From: Hyphochytrium catenoides
Lineage: Eukaryota; Protista; Hyphochytriomycota
Reading direction: 5' to 3'
DNA length: 33,548 bases
Assembly: GCA_900088475.1 (NCBI GenBank)
Contig: FLMG01003678.1
Location: 1 to 33,548 of the forward strand
The translations under genes and the position numbers were made by a program. Shown in pieces: positions 9,879 through 22,392 of this stretch (position 1 is its first letter; each line of letters starts with the position of its first letter). The notes under the pieces are model-generated. The model was not told where the DNA came from and searched no databases. It worked only from the letters and a program-made list of their open reading frames with translations.

Positions 9879-12584
9879 CTAGGAGGCAAGTTTAGGCAGC
9901 TGTGGGCTTGCTTTGTGGGGTGAGGAGTTTTCTGTCCTTGAGAGAGGTTTCGTGGGGATCCTGAGCTTCATAAGCTTCAGAGCAGGAGTAGCTGCTTCTT
10001 GATCTTGCTCATTCCTCTCAGCCATCGCTTCCAGCTTACTTCTCTTCTTTTCCAGCATGGACTTTTGTCTCTCGAGCCGCAGTTCTGTCAGCCTTTGCTC
10101 TATATCTGTAAGCCTTCTAGCAATACTATTCTTCTTTTCTTCCATCGTCCTAGGCTTTTCCCTAGTGCTTTTTAGCGCATCCTGACCTTCGTCTTCCGTT
10201 TCTTCCTTGTTTCCTTCTTGTCCGCCACCGTTTTCTTCTGCGCCTGCTTCCTCATCGCTAGAGCTTTCAGCGTCGATCCCTCCCTCTTCCTTGAGTTCAT
10301 ATATAGCCGCAATGTCATCAGCGGTGACAGTTGTATCCACCTCTAGAAGGAGAGGGTCATAGTTTCGGACAGGAAAAGCCAATTCTTTGATCTGGTTCAG
10401 TATCTGGTGGTTCTGGAGAAGTTTTTCTATCAAAGCTTTTCGGGTCTCTGTCTCTTCAAACTGCAGCTTACTGGCCATTTGTGATGGAATGGACGAGGAC
10501 CCGACGTTTATCTGCTCCGATATAGAGGAAGGCGTAGAAGGCGATAGTCCCATCGAAGCTTGCGCTTGCTCCTCGAGGACCTTTTGGCGAACGTCTTGGA
10601 TGCAGCGGGAGAGAATAAGCTCCACCTCTGAGCGAGCCTTTAAGTTGTCTGCATGCTCCTTGCGTATCTGCCATTGTCAGCAAAAGAAGTATAAGACTTG
10701 AGTCGGAGCGTCTAATGCTGGAGCGCAAGCCAAGTTGTTTAACTGGCCCAGCGGTGGACCGTGGGGGAGCGAGAGAGAAGGAGCTGGTCTCTAGACGAAT
10801 ATGTTTGCAATCTCACGTCGCAAAGGAAGATAGAATATAAAGAGAAGGTAGATCCTACCGCTCGAGCGGCTTTCCTCTCTTGCTCCACCAGCCGCTTCAA
10901 CCGTCTAATAACGTCCTTATACTTGCTCTCCAGCTGGTGAGGAGGGAGGAGGTATCAGAAAGGAGACAGTATACATAAGAGAATACTATGGTCCCTACCT
11001 CTTCCCAGGAAGCGTCCTGAAGAAGTCCTGCACCACCGGAACTTTCTTTAACTGGAAAGCTCGGTCCTGTTACCTGTGGTGTGGCCTGGAACTGCGCTTT
11101 TAGCTCTGTGATTTCCTTCTGAAGAGCTTCTTTCTCTTGATTAAGACTATTATCAAGGAGGGACAAAATGTACCCATCAGATGACCAAATGATTGATAGA
11201 AGAGATAGAAAATTAGGATGGTGGAGCTAGGAATGCAGTTGCATCACGAAGAAGTGAGAAGGTGATAGAGCGCAATGACTTTTCACAGCACCAGGTTCTT
11301 GGAAAGGAGGCGGAGGTGGGCCATTCTTTGTTAAACAGTAAAGCAATGGGAAGAAAATGGGAATGAAAGAGATAGGAGAGGTTCACCTTCTGTTCTCCTT
11401 CTTGAAGGTCACCAGCTGCTTAATGAGAAAGTCGCGGTCGTCCTCCTGTTGTTGAAACTGGGCCTTGATGAGCTTATTCTCTCTCTCCAGATTGTGATTC
11501 ACTCTCTCAATCGATTGGATATGATCCTGCAGCTGCTCCAATGCCTTCTCCAGTTCGTGACTCTTTTCAATCCAGGCAAGTGTCCCGTCATCAGTTGTTG
11601 CCTTGGTTTTCTCATGCTCTTTATCTATCTCAAACAAGCGGCTTCTAAACCCACGAAGCAAGTCCGTTTCTTGCTCTGAAGGTCAGGAAAGGTTGTAAGC
11701 GTGGTTTACCTTCCTGAGAGTTGAAAGACAAGATGACCAGGCCCTCACACGGGAGCATGAGACTGAAGGGGCACAAGTGACAGAAAGCTCTTTGATGCAC
11801 AAGAAGCAATTGAGGCGAAGGATGGAAAAGTGAGGCAAATAGCAGCAATGATGGCTTGAGTTATGTCAGAGGGAGCAAAGACAGAAGAGACACTCCCGAC
11901 CAGCAACCACACTTCAACCGACCAATAAGTGAAATGGTAGGAAGGGTTAGCTGGCTTAGCGAAGAAAAACGTGAAATGCCAAGTGGCGGCGAGATCCAGC
12001 CGGCGAGATCAGAGAGTACCCTCGTACAAACCCACCATGCTGCATCCTGTTCGCATACTCCTGAATCTTCTCTATATTCGAGATAATCTGCTTGTGGCTA
12101 CTCTTCATCCCGTCTAGGAGGTTATCAGACTCCACCTCCTGGCCATTGCTGCTCTGGAGCTGCAACAGCCAGTCAGAAAGTTCAGTAGCCCTAGTTAGGC
12201 TAAAAAAGAGAGAGACAACATATGCGCATGCTCTACCTTTTTGACGGTATTCTCCAATTCTTCTATCCGCTGCTTGTAAGAACGTTCGCGTCGTATGTAG
12301 CTTTCTTGCCTGCGCTTTATATCCTCCTCCAGTGAATCAACTCTAGCCTTCATCGTGGCAAAATCCTCTCCACCCACAGAAGGGGAAGCCGGCCTCAACT
12401 CATCGTGGGTTTGTGCTCTTCTACCAGCGCTGGAGGGCGAATCTTCCCGAGACCTCTATCAACAACATTGCAAACAAGGTAAGCGAAACCAGCTCCTTAA
12501 AGTGTATGCGAATATGCCGACCTCAAGCTTGGATAAACCCTTTGAAGGCCTCAGCTGCGGACTGCGACTAGTGGGGCTGCTCAT
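9879..12584 (-). CDS. Coiled-coil protein of unknown function, 7 exons, ~568 aa
   Basis: Exons 12584-12522, 12455-12237, 12159-12036, 11675-11387, 11146-10999, 10933-10859 and 10667-9879 join in frame. Heptad-rich blocks include RRQESYIRRERSYKQRIEELE, DLLRGFRSRLFEI, QFQQQEDDRDFLIKQLV and ELILSRCIQDVR. The tail is acidic, then basic. Confidence 0.85.
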
Positions 12585-13482
12585 CTTGGGCGATAGATGA
12601 ATCTGTATCTGTACTCTTTGACGATACAGCGTCTTCTACTACGACCTAGCAGCTTGCAGTCAAGAGAAAACGGGTGGCTGTCACACTTTGCCGCCAGAAT
12701 CCGGTGCATTTGGAGAGTAGAGAGGTTGACCTTTAAGGGAAGAGAGCGCAGCAGCAAGGTTCAGGCTGCTCACTTCAAAGGCCAGGACCTCATAGGAACT
12801 CTCTCCGCTAGCTTCTAATGCACCTTGATAACCTCTCAAGAAAGACGAGTGCCATCACTTCTGCAGCACACCTCCCAGGGCGCCACCAAAAGGTCAATGA
12901 GCTCTGGTCAATGAGCTCTTCGATCAAGCATTCTTTCTGGCATCTGGCGGCTAGAGGAAGGAATAGAAGGATGTAACCAACACCTCAGATTAATCGCATC
13001 AGCAGGTGAAGAACTTAGAAAACTTAGTAACCAGCCATTAGTGCTATACTCTGATTACTAGGTATGATTCTTTCAGAATGATTTTTGTACTGGACGGGTT
13101 GCTGGCTGGTGGAGGAGAGTTCGGCCATCATCACCTTGACCGGCCCAACTGCTTGCTCTCTATCGTTTCAACTGCAGGCAGGCAGGCAGTCCTCCAGGTT
13201 CTGATGATGAAGCCAAAGGTGCGAGACAGAGACGAAGCGGAAGCAGGTACTTCTCTATAGAAGAGAACGAAGAAGAGACAGAGGCGAAGTGAGGAGAACC
13301 AACGAGCAGCACCCCCCCGCCGCCTAAATGGTGGAAGAGTCATCTAGGTAGCGGGAGAAGGAACTGCAGACGACGAAGCCTCACTCACTCATAGTGTAGT
13401 CCGAGCCGTAGAGAAGCAAGGACCTCACGAGAGCGAATTGAGCGGTTGTTCTTCTTTGGCCTAGTAGTTCCGAGGCGGACCA
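12585..13482. promoter_or_regulatory. Putative divergent promoter region (coiled-coil gene / RRP5)
   Basis: Head-to-head start codons ~900 bp apart. Inferred from gene layout only. Confidence 0.5.
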
Positions 13483-16400
13483 ATGTCGGCTGTGGAAGAC
13501 AGCTTCCCGCGCGGAGGCAGGGAGCAGGCTTCCTCAAAGACAAAGAAGCGGAAGCCTGAAGAGGTAGCCATTCTAGTTCTAGTGCACCAAGCCCTGAAGC
13601 CACCATTAGCTGAGATATTTTAACATCGTCCTGCAGGACAATCTCTTTGGCACAAGGGCGGATAAAGGCATCAAAACCGACCTTGAAGCAAGCAAGAAGA
13701 CCACAAAGAGACAGAGAAGGAATGAGGCCACACCAAAGCCAGTAAAGAGCAAGACCAAGGAGAAGGCCCACATCGAGATGGTTGCGTACAAGGTACAAGC
13801 CATACGTCCATTCTGTCTATAGCTCATAGCACAACCAAGTAGCTGACCTTTTGGCTGCAGAATCTAAAGCCTGGGATGCTGCTGCTTGGCATCGTCAAGA
13901 GTGTGGATAATCACTCTGCAAAAATCAGGTATGAAGGATGATAGAACTATCCTAGCAGAGGAAAGTAGACCTTAAAAGGGGAGCAGGACGGGGAGGGCTT
14001 GGCTACATAGAGAAGAGAGAATGAAAACTGAGGTTTGATGAGAAAGAGAGAAGGAAACTGAGGCTCAAGAGAGTTGCCAAGGCCAGTGGGAGGGCCGAGG
14101 ATATGCAGGCAGAAAGTTTACAGAGACAAGAACACTGCAAAACATCTAGGTTCGGGCTTCTAACTGACCATTCTATGCCGCTCCAGCCTCCCCAATCATA
14201 TGACGGGCACAGTCAAGCGCCAAGAAGTCTCTGATTACCTGTACAAATTAAGCTCAGAAAACCAGCGGCCCGCCGAGGACGAAGGAGAAGAGAAGCACCA
14301 CCACGCTGTGAAAGACCTGCTATCGGTGGGTCAGGTCGTGCACTGTATAGTCAAGGCAACAGGGAAGACGGCAAAGGTCAAAGGAATCGGTACGAATCGC
14401 ACCATATTCCCCATTCTTTCAGCGATATCTTGTTCTCTCCATGTCCCATTGTGCAATTGGCCGTACACAGATCTGCACCATCATTGTCTGCGGTTTGTGC
14501 TAGCTATTGTGGTGCTTTCCCATACGACTTCTCAAAAGTGAGTTTTGCTGACCCAATGATCTGGGGCCCAATGTAGAGCTGTCTCTTCGGACTTCCCTCT
14601 TCAACGCCGGACTGACGCTTGAGTCCCTGGCAATTGGTGGCACTCTTGTTGGCCACGTGACCAGCATTGAGGACCATGGACATGTTGTGAGCTTTGGCAT
14701 CAAGGGTGTCAATGGCTTTATCTCAAGGAAGGAGCTAGCGGCTAGCGGCAAGACCTTGGCTGTGGGCCAACCTGTCTTTGGCTCAATTCTGGCGATCAAC
14801 ACGCACACTAAGACCGTCTCTTTATCAGTGGAGGAACATAAGGTTGCCAATTCAACCACAAGGACAGACTCGCTTACAATGAGGACTCTCAAGCCTGGCA
14901 TGCTGGTCAGCGCCACTATTGAGAAGAAAATATCGAATGGACTTCGGGTTTCCTTCTTGGGCTTCTTTCAGGGAGATATTGACTTCAATCACCTCTCCAT
15001 CTGCCCTCAAAAGGGATGGGAAGCCGTCTATGACCTGAAGGATAAGGCCAAAGCAAGGATTATTTTTGTCGACGAGAAAGGCAAGAGAGTGCATCTCTCG
15101 CTTTCCCAGCATATTGTTGGAAACAGAGCACCGCGAGTGGAAAGAACTCTTGGGGATATTGTAGACACAGCAGTCATTACCAAGATAGATCCTGCAATCG
15201 GCATGTACCTATCTCTTAAGGGTTACGACCCCTCAACGAAGAGCATCGCTGAAAGAAAACCTGAGGACAATGACTCGGAAGAAGAGGACCTAGAAGGGGG
15301 AGACAAAAGGAACAGGGTGGAGAAGAAAATCAAGAAGAAGAGGAAAAATGTTATTGAGGGAGCTACCAGCGTTGAGCAGGCAGAGGCGGGATTTGTTCAC
15401 ATCTCCAACGTGTCTGACAAACATCTAGATCACCTAGAGAAGGTGTTCTCTGTTGGGAACGCCCAGCCGTGTAGGATAATTGGCTTTTCCCTCTTTGACG
15501 GCGTCTCTCTTCTCTCCCTAAAGCAATCTACCCTAGAGCAAACGGTGATGAGTATCAAGGATCTCAAGCCAGGTCAGATAGTAGAAGGAGAGATTGCGGA
15601 TGTGGGAACCTGGGGCATGCTGCTCAAGCTGGGCGATAATATAAAGGCAATGTGCACCGCCTTGCACTTCGGAGACGCCAATATCAAGAACCCCCAACAG
15701 AAATTCAAAACTGGAAAGAGGATAAAGACAAGAGTTCTCTCAGTCAATGAGAAGGACAAGAAGGTCCATCTTACGCACAAGCCATCTCTTCTTTCTTCTT
15801 CGGAGGCCCTCATAACCACGTACGAGGAGGCAAAGCCTGGTACTGTCTCACATGGCTTTGTCACACGCGTTAGCCCTACGGGCGTGGTCATCACCTTTTA
15901 TAACAACGTGCACGGTTTACTGACAGCGGAAGGGCTGAAGAGGAGTGGTGTGACGGACATTGAGAACAGTTATAGAAATGGGCAAGTAGTAAAAGTAGCT
16001 GTGCTGAAAAGCCATCCTAAGAAACAGAGAATCGCATTGACCATTGACACAACGGCAGCAGCAGTCGGAGGAAAAGCGGAGAAGAAGAAGAAGGAGAACT
16101 CGTCTCAGAAGGAGATAGGAGCAGTGCACACTGGGGAGGTCTTAGAGATTGGAAGCGAAGGGATGAGAGTGAAAACGACGACAGGTTTCGAAGGGTTTGT
16201 CCCTTCCTACCACCTTACGGATCATCGTTCTCTCTCTTCTGCCTTTATGAAGGTGCTGAAAAAGGGTTCGGTGCTCAGGGATCTTACGGTTCTTTCTGTC
16301 AGGAAGAGCGATGGACTTCTTAGGCTCAGCAGAAAGAGGTTCTTCCACCACGCACCTGAAGGGGTCGCAGTTCCTCGCTCATTCGCGGACCTTACAGGCC

Positions 16401-19400
16401 CAGGACAGCTTCTCGCGGGCTTTGTGAAGTCCGTCTCTTCATTCGGCGTATTCATACAGTTCCTGGGTGATATGACGAGCTTAGCACGCAAGCAGTATCT
16501 TCCCAAAGGGGAGGGAAATCTGGCTGATCTCTTTCCTATCGGAGCCACAGTCCTTTGTGAGCTCAAGAAGGTAGACACGGAGGCGCAGAAATTTATTGTG
16601 GATCTCTCCTCTGACTCTTTAGCTGTGAGATGCTGCCCGTTTCTGCTCGAGAGTTATTTGCAAGAGTCCCTGGAGCTCTACAACTACTCAAAAGAAGACG
16701 AGGACAGAGTTAGTTGGGATGTCTTCACCTTGGGAGGAGTCTGCAAGGCCAAGGTCGAGGCCGTTAAGGACTATGGCGTTGTTCTTTCTCTCCTAGGAAA
16801 TGGAGAAAGTGGAGCCTCCTCCGGTGTAGCTGCCCTTTGTCCTCCTTCCTTCTCTCTCCCTTGTGAAGTGGGGCAGAAGGTGAACGTACGAGTCATAGAC
16901 TATGATTTTGAAAAGGGCGTAGTGAATGTGGTGATGAAGAAAGACTTGGTAAAGGTTGGAAAGAAGAAAAAAGGAGGAGAAACAGGGATGGAATTAAATC
17001 AGAGAGCAGAAGGCACAGTACTCCTTGTGAAGCCATGCTACGCGATCGTGGCTCTTACTATTGGAGGGAAATCGGGAGAAATTGGCTTTGTCCAGATGGC
17101 GGAGCTTGAGGCAGTGGCGAAAGGGGAGGTGAAGGAGGGTCAGACTTATAGCTTGGAGGTTATTCGACCAGCGAAGGAGAGCCCAGACAGAGTCTATGAG
17201 AATGTAACACTGCTACGTGTAGACTCCAGTCAGGTACATAACGCTTGCCAGTTCTTGGTCCCACCTACTTCCCCTATTCCTTCGCTTCCCTGCATTTCCT
17301 ATCGTTGACCTTTCCTTGGCCTCCACCCCGCTGCTGAGCCAGCAAAGAGTAGTGTATATGACTTTCACTTATCTGGGTTCTCTGGCTGGGCGTAGTGTCC
17401 AGTGCTACGTACGATAAGCTCTCTCTCTCTTTCTGTGCGTGTGAGTGTCTTTACGCTGTGGCCCTTCTATCGCCTTTTAAAGTTATCATTTCCCTCAATT
17501 TTATTTCAAAGGAGAAAATGGTAAAGAGATCGCAGCCAGCAAAGAAAAGTTTCGTGTCGGAGCTTCCTTTGATAGACTTCGAAGCAGTGAAGCCTGGTAA
17601 GATAGTGGAGGTCAAGGTGCATGGGATCAAAGAGAGCTACCTGGACGTTTGGCTGCATGTGAAGGTATCTTTCAAGGTAAGTTAGGCAAAAGCGGGGAGA
17701 ACGTAGAACGAGACGAGCAAGGATAAAGGGCTCGTGGACACTACCTAAATATAACTAAGGTATCGGTAATGGCAGAAGGGAAACGAAGGGCTGGTGGCAA
17801 ATTAAAAGCGAAAGACCGCGGAAAAGAAAGGAAATCATGACAGAAAGACTGCGGGCACTTATTTTCCTCCTTAGGTCCTACTTAGAGCTAATCGTTGTTT
17901 GCTTGACGGATAGATATTCTGTCGGATCCATATTACGGAACTAGAGGAGGAGCGCCATTTGGGAGAGGATCATGCCTTCTCCAAATATTCTGTTGGAGAC
18001 GTAGTGCAGGCAAAAGTTCTTGCCATCTCTTCGAAGGGACAGAACGAGCTGGAACCCGTCGGTGACGATAATCCGATCTCATCTGTCCACATTGACCTCA
18101 GTCTCAAGAAAGAAGACTTAGAAAAAGGGGACGGGGTCGCATGTGCGCCTAGGGCGGATTGGACTGGACCAGGTCTCAAGTCTCTGAAAGAGTATGGCAA
18201 GGTTATGACAGGTAAGCAACAGGCAGAGCAAGGAGCACCATTGAACGCAAACCGTAGTGTGATCCACCAATCTTGCGACAGCGTCGCTGGCTGGGCGTAG
18301 ATAGGTGGTAGAACTTGTGCAGAGCTACTAGAAGCAATCCCATTGAGGGTGACGTCTGCCTATGGCATCTGGGTGCCCCAATGCAACTTCTGAACCTGGT
18401 GATGTTCATGTCCACCATTGTCTTAAGTCACCTTTTTTTTCTCTGTTTTAAACAGGCGTCTGTATGGATTCGACGGAGCACGGGCTGTGGATTCAGGTCT
18501 CTCCTAAAGTCCGGGGCTTTTGCTTTGTCACCCAGCTCTCCTCCGACTTGGATGTCCTGTCGCATTATCCAGAGGTCTTCACTAAGGGGCGATTGGTGAA
18601 GTGCGTGAACCTTTCGGTTGATGAAGAGCAAAAGCGTCTGGATCTTAGTGTTGTGGCAGCAGAGGGCGAAGCCCTTTCCCTCTCAGCGAAAAAAAGAGTA
18701 GCTTTAGGAGATAGAGCCAGCCGCCTCAAGGCGGGGGATCTAGTGCTTGGTCAAGTTTTGAAACCGAAGGGAGAACAGCAAGGCTCCAGACTTCTCCTCT
18801 CAGTTCTTTTGTCCCCCAAGGTATCTGGTAAGGTGGATATAACAGAGCTAACCGACCCCGAGGAGTGGAAAGATCGACCTCTAGAGCCCACCCAAGAAGG
18901 TAAGAGCTCCTGTTTTCTCCTCATTATATATATCCTCAGCAGGGCGGTCACCGCTATAGCCCTTTGTTCTTCGAAAGAGCCCTGTTCACGTTCTCCGTGC
19001 CAAAGATAGTAAACTCCGTGTTACTAGGATTGCTAGGACTTCCAAGTATTATCCGTTGCCGGGTTCTCGCGGTGAACACTGATGGCCACATCGATCTGAG
19101 CCTAAGACGGGCTAGAGTTGAGGCCTCACAGGCTGAGAAAGTGCTGGTAGAGGATCCTTTGCCTTCTGTGGGAGAAACAGTGAAAGGCTTCGTCACAAGC
19201 ACCTCGAACAAAGGTAAGAGCATAGATCGGATAGATACCTACAGAGAGCTCGTGAGCAAAAGTTCGGTTGCCGCTTCTTTCTTGTCGTTTAGCTTCCCCC
19301 CTTGGTCCGTCGGCATCTTATATTTTACCTTAATGATGTTCAGCTGTCCATATCTACGTTTGTGCTCTGTTCTTCACTAGGATCCCTCTCATACCTTCCC

Positions 19401-22392
19401 ACACGCTGACCGCTCCCCTTAGGCTGCTTCGTCAAGCTTTCCCGCACTATCAAGGCCCGTGTACTCTTAAGGGATCTGGCTGACGGATATGTCAGTAAGC
19501 CAGAGCTCGTCTTCCCTCCTGGCAGACTCGTCTTTGGTCGTGTCTTGAAGGTTGACAAGGAGAACAAGACAGTGGATCTGACGCTTAAGAAGGAAGCAAA
19601 AAGTGACGAGGGAGATAAAGGAAAGAAGATTACCCTCGAAGACCTGAAGGAAGGCTCATTTGTCCGTGCGCACGTCACTAAAATTGAGAGATACGGCGTT
19701 TTTCTTAGAATTGTGGATAGTGAGCGCCTTTCTGGCCTCTGTCACATCTCTGAGGCTAGCGACGAACGTATCTCTGATTTGTCTTTACTTTACAACGTAC
19801 GGTATCTCTCTCTGTTTTTTTCGTCTATGACACGATGTCATGGCCTCTCTCTTGCCCCCGTATTTCTTAACTTTGGTTGGTCTGTCGGGACGAGTCTGTC
19901 CCGCACTCAGCCGATTTTTTCATCCCAGTGGTCGATAATTAAAGTGGACAACTTTCTTGGCTTAGCTTTAGCACTCTTGACTCCCGTTTGCCGTCAATGA
20001 CCTCTTCTCGCCATTGGTCCTGTCGTGTTCCCTCTACTCCTTTTCCCTTAGGCTCCCCCTTCTTTGTCTTCCTCTTACTCCTGACTTACAAATTTGCATG
20101 ATCATCGCAGATTGGTGACCTTGTAAAGGCGAAGATTATAAAGTTAGAAGGCAAGAGAATCTCTTTCAGTCTTAAACCCTCAGTGATTAAGGAGGCACCC
20201 ACGGACGACGAGCAAGAGAGTGAAGACGAAGATGCATCGGACTATGAGCAAGAGAAGACTGATCAAGAAGAAGGTAAGAGCAGAAAGCTGAACCGTAAAA
20301 GGGCAGGCAATAGTAAAACAAAAAATAGGTCAAGATCTCATAGTCATAGAGTAAAATGGATGATGCCAAGTTGATTGAGACAAACGGGGGCGAGCACTCT
20401 GACCAAAAATAGAGTCCTTGGGAGCGCTAAAGGGATGGGACAGGGAGCGGACGTCGAGAGGGTTCTCCTAGGAAAGGGCAATAAGTGGTATAATAGCTTA
20501 GTCTAATTGCCATTTCCTAGGGACTAACCAACAAGCTGACGATTCTTCGAGCGATGGTGAGGACGGTGACGAGGACATGGCAGAGGCATCAGATGAAGAT
20601 GATGAAGCCGAAGAGGAGGAAGAAGAGAACAGTGAGGAAGAAGAAGGCGAAGAAGAAGCTATGGATGTGGAAGACTCAAAGCCGTCTGTGGGTGAGAAAA
20701 ATAGCAAGACGAATGACTCGGAAGAGAGTGAAACAGAAGAGAGCGACTCAGAAGACGAGGGAGCTCTTACTCCTGCACCGGTCCAGACGCCTGGCTTTGT
20801 TTGGGACGACGCCGAAGGCGGAGGAGTCGATGAAGAGGAAAGTGACGAGGAAAGCGATAGTGAAGAGGAAGGAGAAGACGGGAAGAGCCACAAACGCAAA
20901 CAGAGAAAGAAGCAGGCAGAGAAAAGGAGGGAAGAAGAGCTTATCCGTCAGAAAGAAGAGGCGCTTCTTTCCGGATCTGCAGCGCCCCAAACCGCGGATG
21001 ACTTCGAGCGGCTTCTCGTCTCCTCTCCTTCTTCCTCCTTCCTTTGGGTTCGTTACATGGCTTTCCAGCTGTCACTCACTGAGTTTGAAAAGGCGAGAGC
21101 GATCGCAGAAAGAGCGCTCAAAACGATCAGCTACAGAGAAGAGAAAGAAAAGTTGAATGTCTGGTAGGGCAGACTGGTTCTGCATGCTCTTTCTGTCCAT
21201 TCTCTTGTATTGTTCTCTCCCGGTTCTCTCCGTTCCGCGAAAGTCGCCCTTCCCTCTACCCGCGGCAACCGGATGCTTATGATTTGCCATTACTTGGCTC
21301 CCTAGCGTATTCTTCCTCTTATGCTTCCATTTAGTGTAGCTTGATCAGACTTACTGGCAGCAAAGAGCTTCCACCTCACTCTTTCCAACACATTGTTTTG
21401 GCTTCATCCTCTCTCTGCGCTCTGAACATCTCGAGTTCTCCCTCCCCACTGTCCCTCTCATTCTATCTTTCTTCCGATCCGGTCCATGTGAAACTTGCCT
21501 TTTATCTCTGCTCAATGGTCACGCGGCTTATTTGACTCCCTCTTCTCTTTCCTTTAGGGTTGCCTATCTGAACTTAGAGTACATGTACGGCACCAGAGAG
21601 ACACTGAGCAAGCTCTTCGAGAGGGCTTTGCAAGTGAACAATCCTAAGCAAATCTATCTGCGCATGGTTGCTATTTCTGAAAGGAACAACAATAAGGATG
21701 AGGCTGAGGAGATGTACAAGGTGATGGCGAAGAAGTTCAAGACCAGCAAAAAGGTCTGGACTCAGTACGAGCTGTTCAAGCTGAAGAATGATCAGAGTGA
21801 GGAGGCAAGAGCGCTGCTGCAGAGGAGTTTGAAGAGTCTGTCTAAGCACAAGCATATCTGGTCTATCTCCAAGTTTGCTCAGTACGAATATGAACATGGC
21901 TCTCCTGAGAGAGGGAGAACTATTTTTGAGGTAAGGAAGAGAGCTTGTGAGTCCTACTTGCAAAGTCTTCTACCACCTCTGTAGCTGCTTTTTCCATCTC
22001 TGGCTTCTGTTGCTCTTCAAACGTCCCTTCCTCTCTGTTCTCATCTCTCCGCAACTTGAGCTGGCGTAAGCCTGTCACGGCTGGACCAAAATTGTCTCTC
22101 TCGTGCACTGCTCATCGTGTTTCTTCCTTTCCCTGCACAGGGCATCCTTGCCAACTATCCAAAGCGTGCTGATCTCTGGAATGTCTATCTCGACAAAGAG
22201 ATCAAGGAGGGAGACCAAGAAAGCACCCGCCGTCTATTTGACAGGGTCATCAACATGAAGTTCTCTTCCAAGAAGATGAAGTTCATGTTTAAGAAGTACC
22301 TAGTTTATGAATCTGAGCATGGAGATGAGCATTCCGTAGAGCATGTCAAGCAGAAGGCGAAGGAGTATGTCGAGTCGATAGTACAGGGATAA
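13483..22392 (+). CDS. RRP5: rRNA biogenesis protein RRP5/PDCD11 (tandem S1 domains, acidic linker, HAT/TPR repeats), 14 exons
   Basis: Has the N-terminal EDSFPRGG motif and many S1 repeats ([37 protein letters not shown]). The C-terminus carries [37 protein letters not shown] and [13 protein letters not shown]. Exons 13483-13563, 13637-13792, 13861-13928, 14187-14389, 14577-17233, 17512-17677, 17914-18211, 18457-18899, ~19028-19213, 19423-19796, 20111-20273, 20521-21163, 21558-21930 and 22141-22392, all GT-AG. Confidence 0.97.

Noticed and set aside
13068-13135. Possible C/D snoRNA on the minus strand (GTGATGA..CTGA)
   Set aside because: No terminal stem, no clear C'/D' boxes and no recognisable rRNA-complementary guide.
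14036-14060. TGATGA..CTGA in an RRP5 intron
   Set aside because: The boxes are only ~15 nt apart, too close for a snoRNA.
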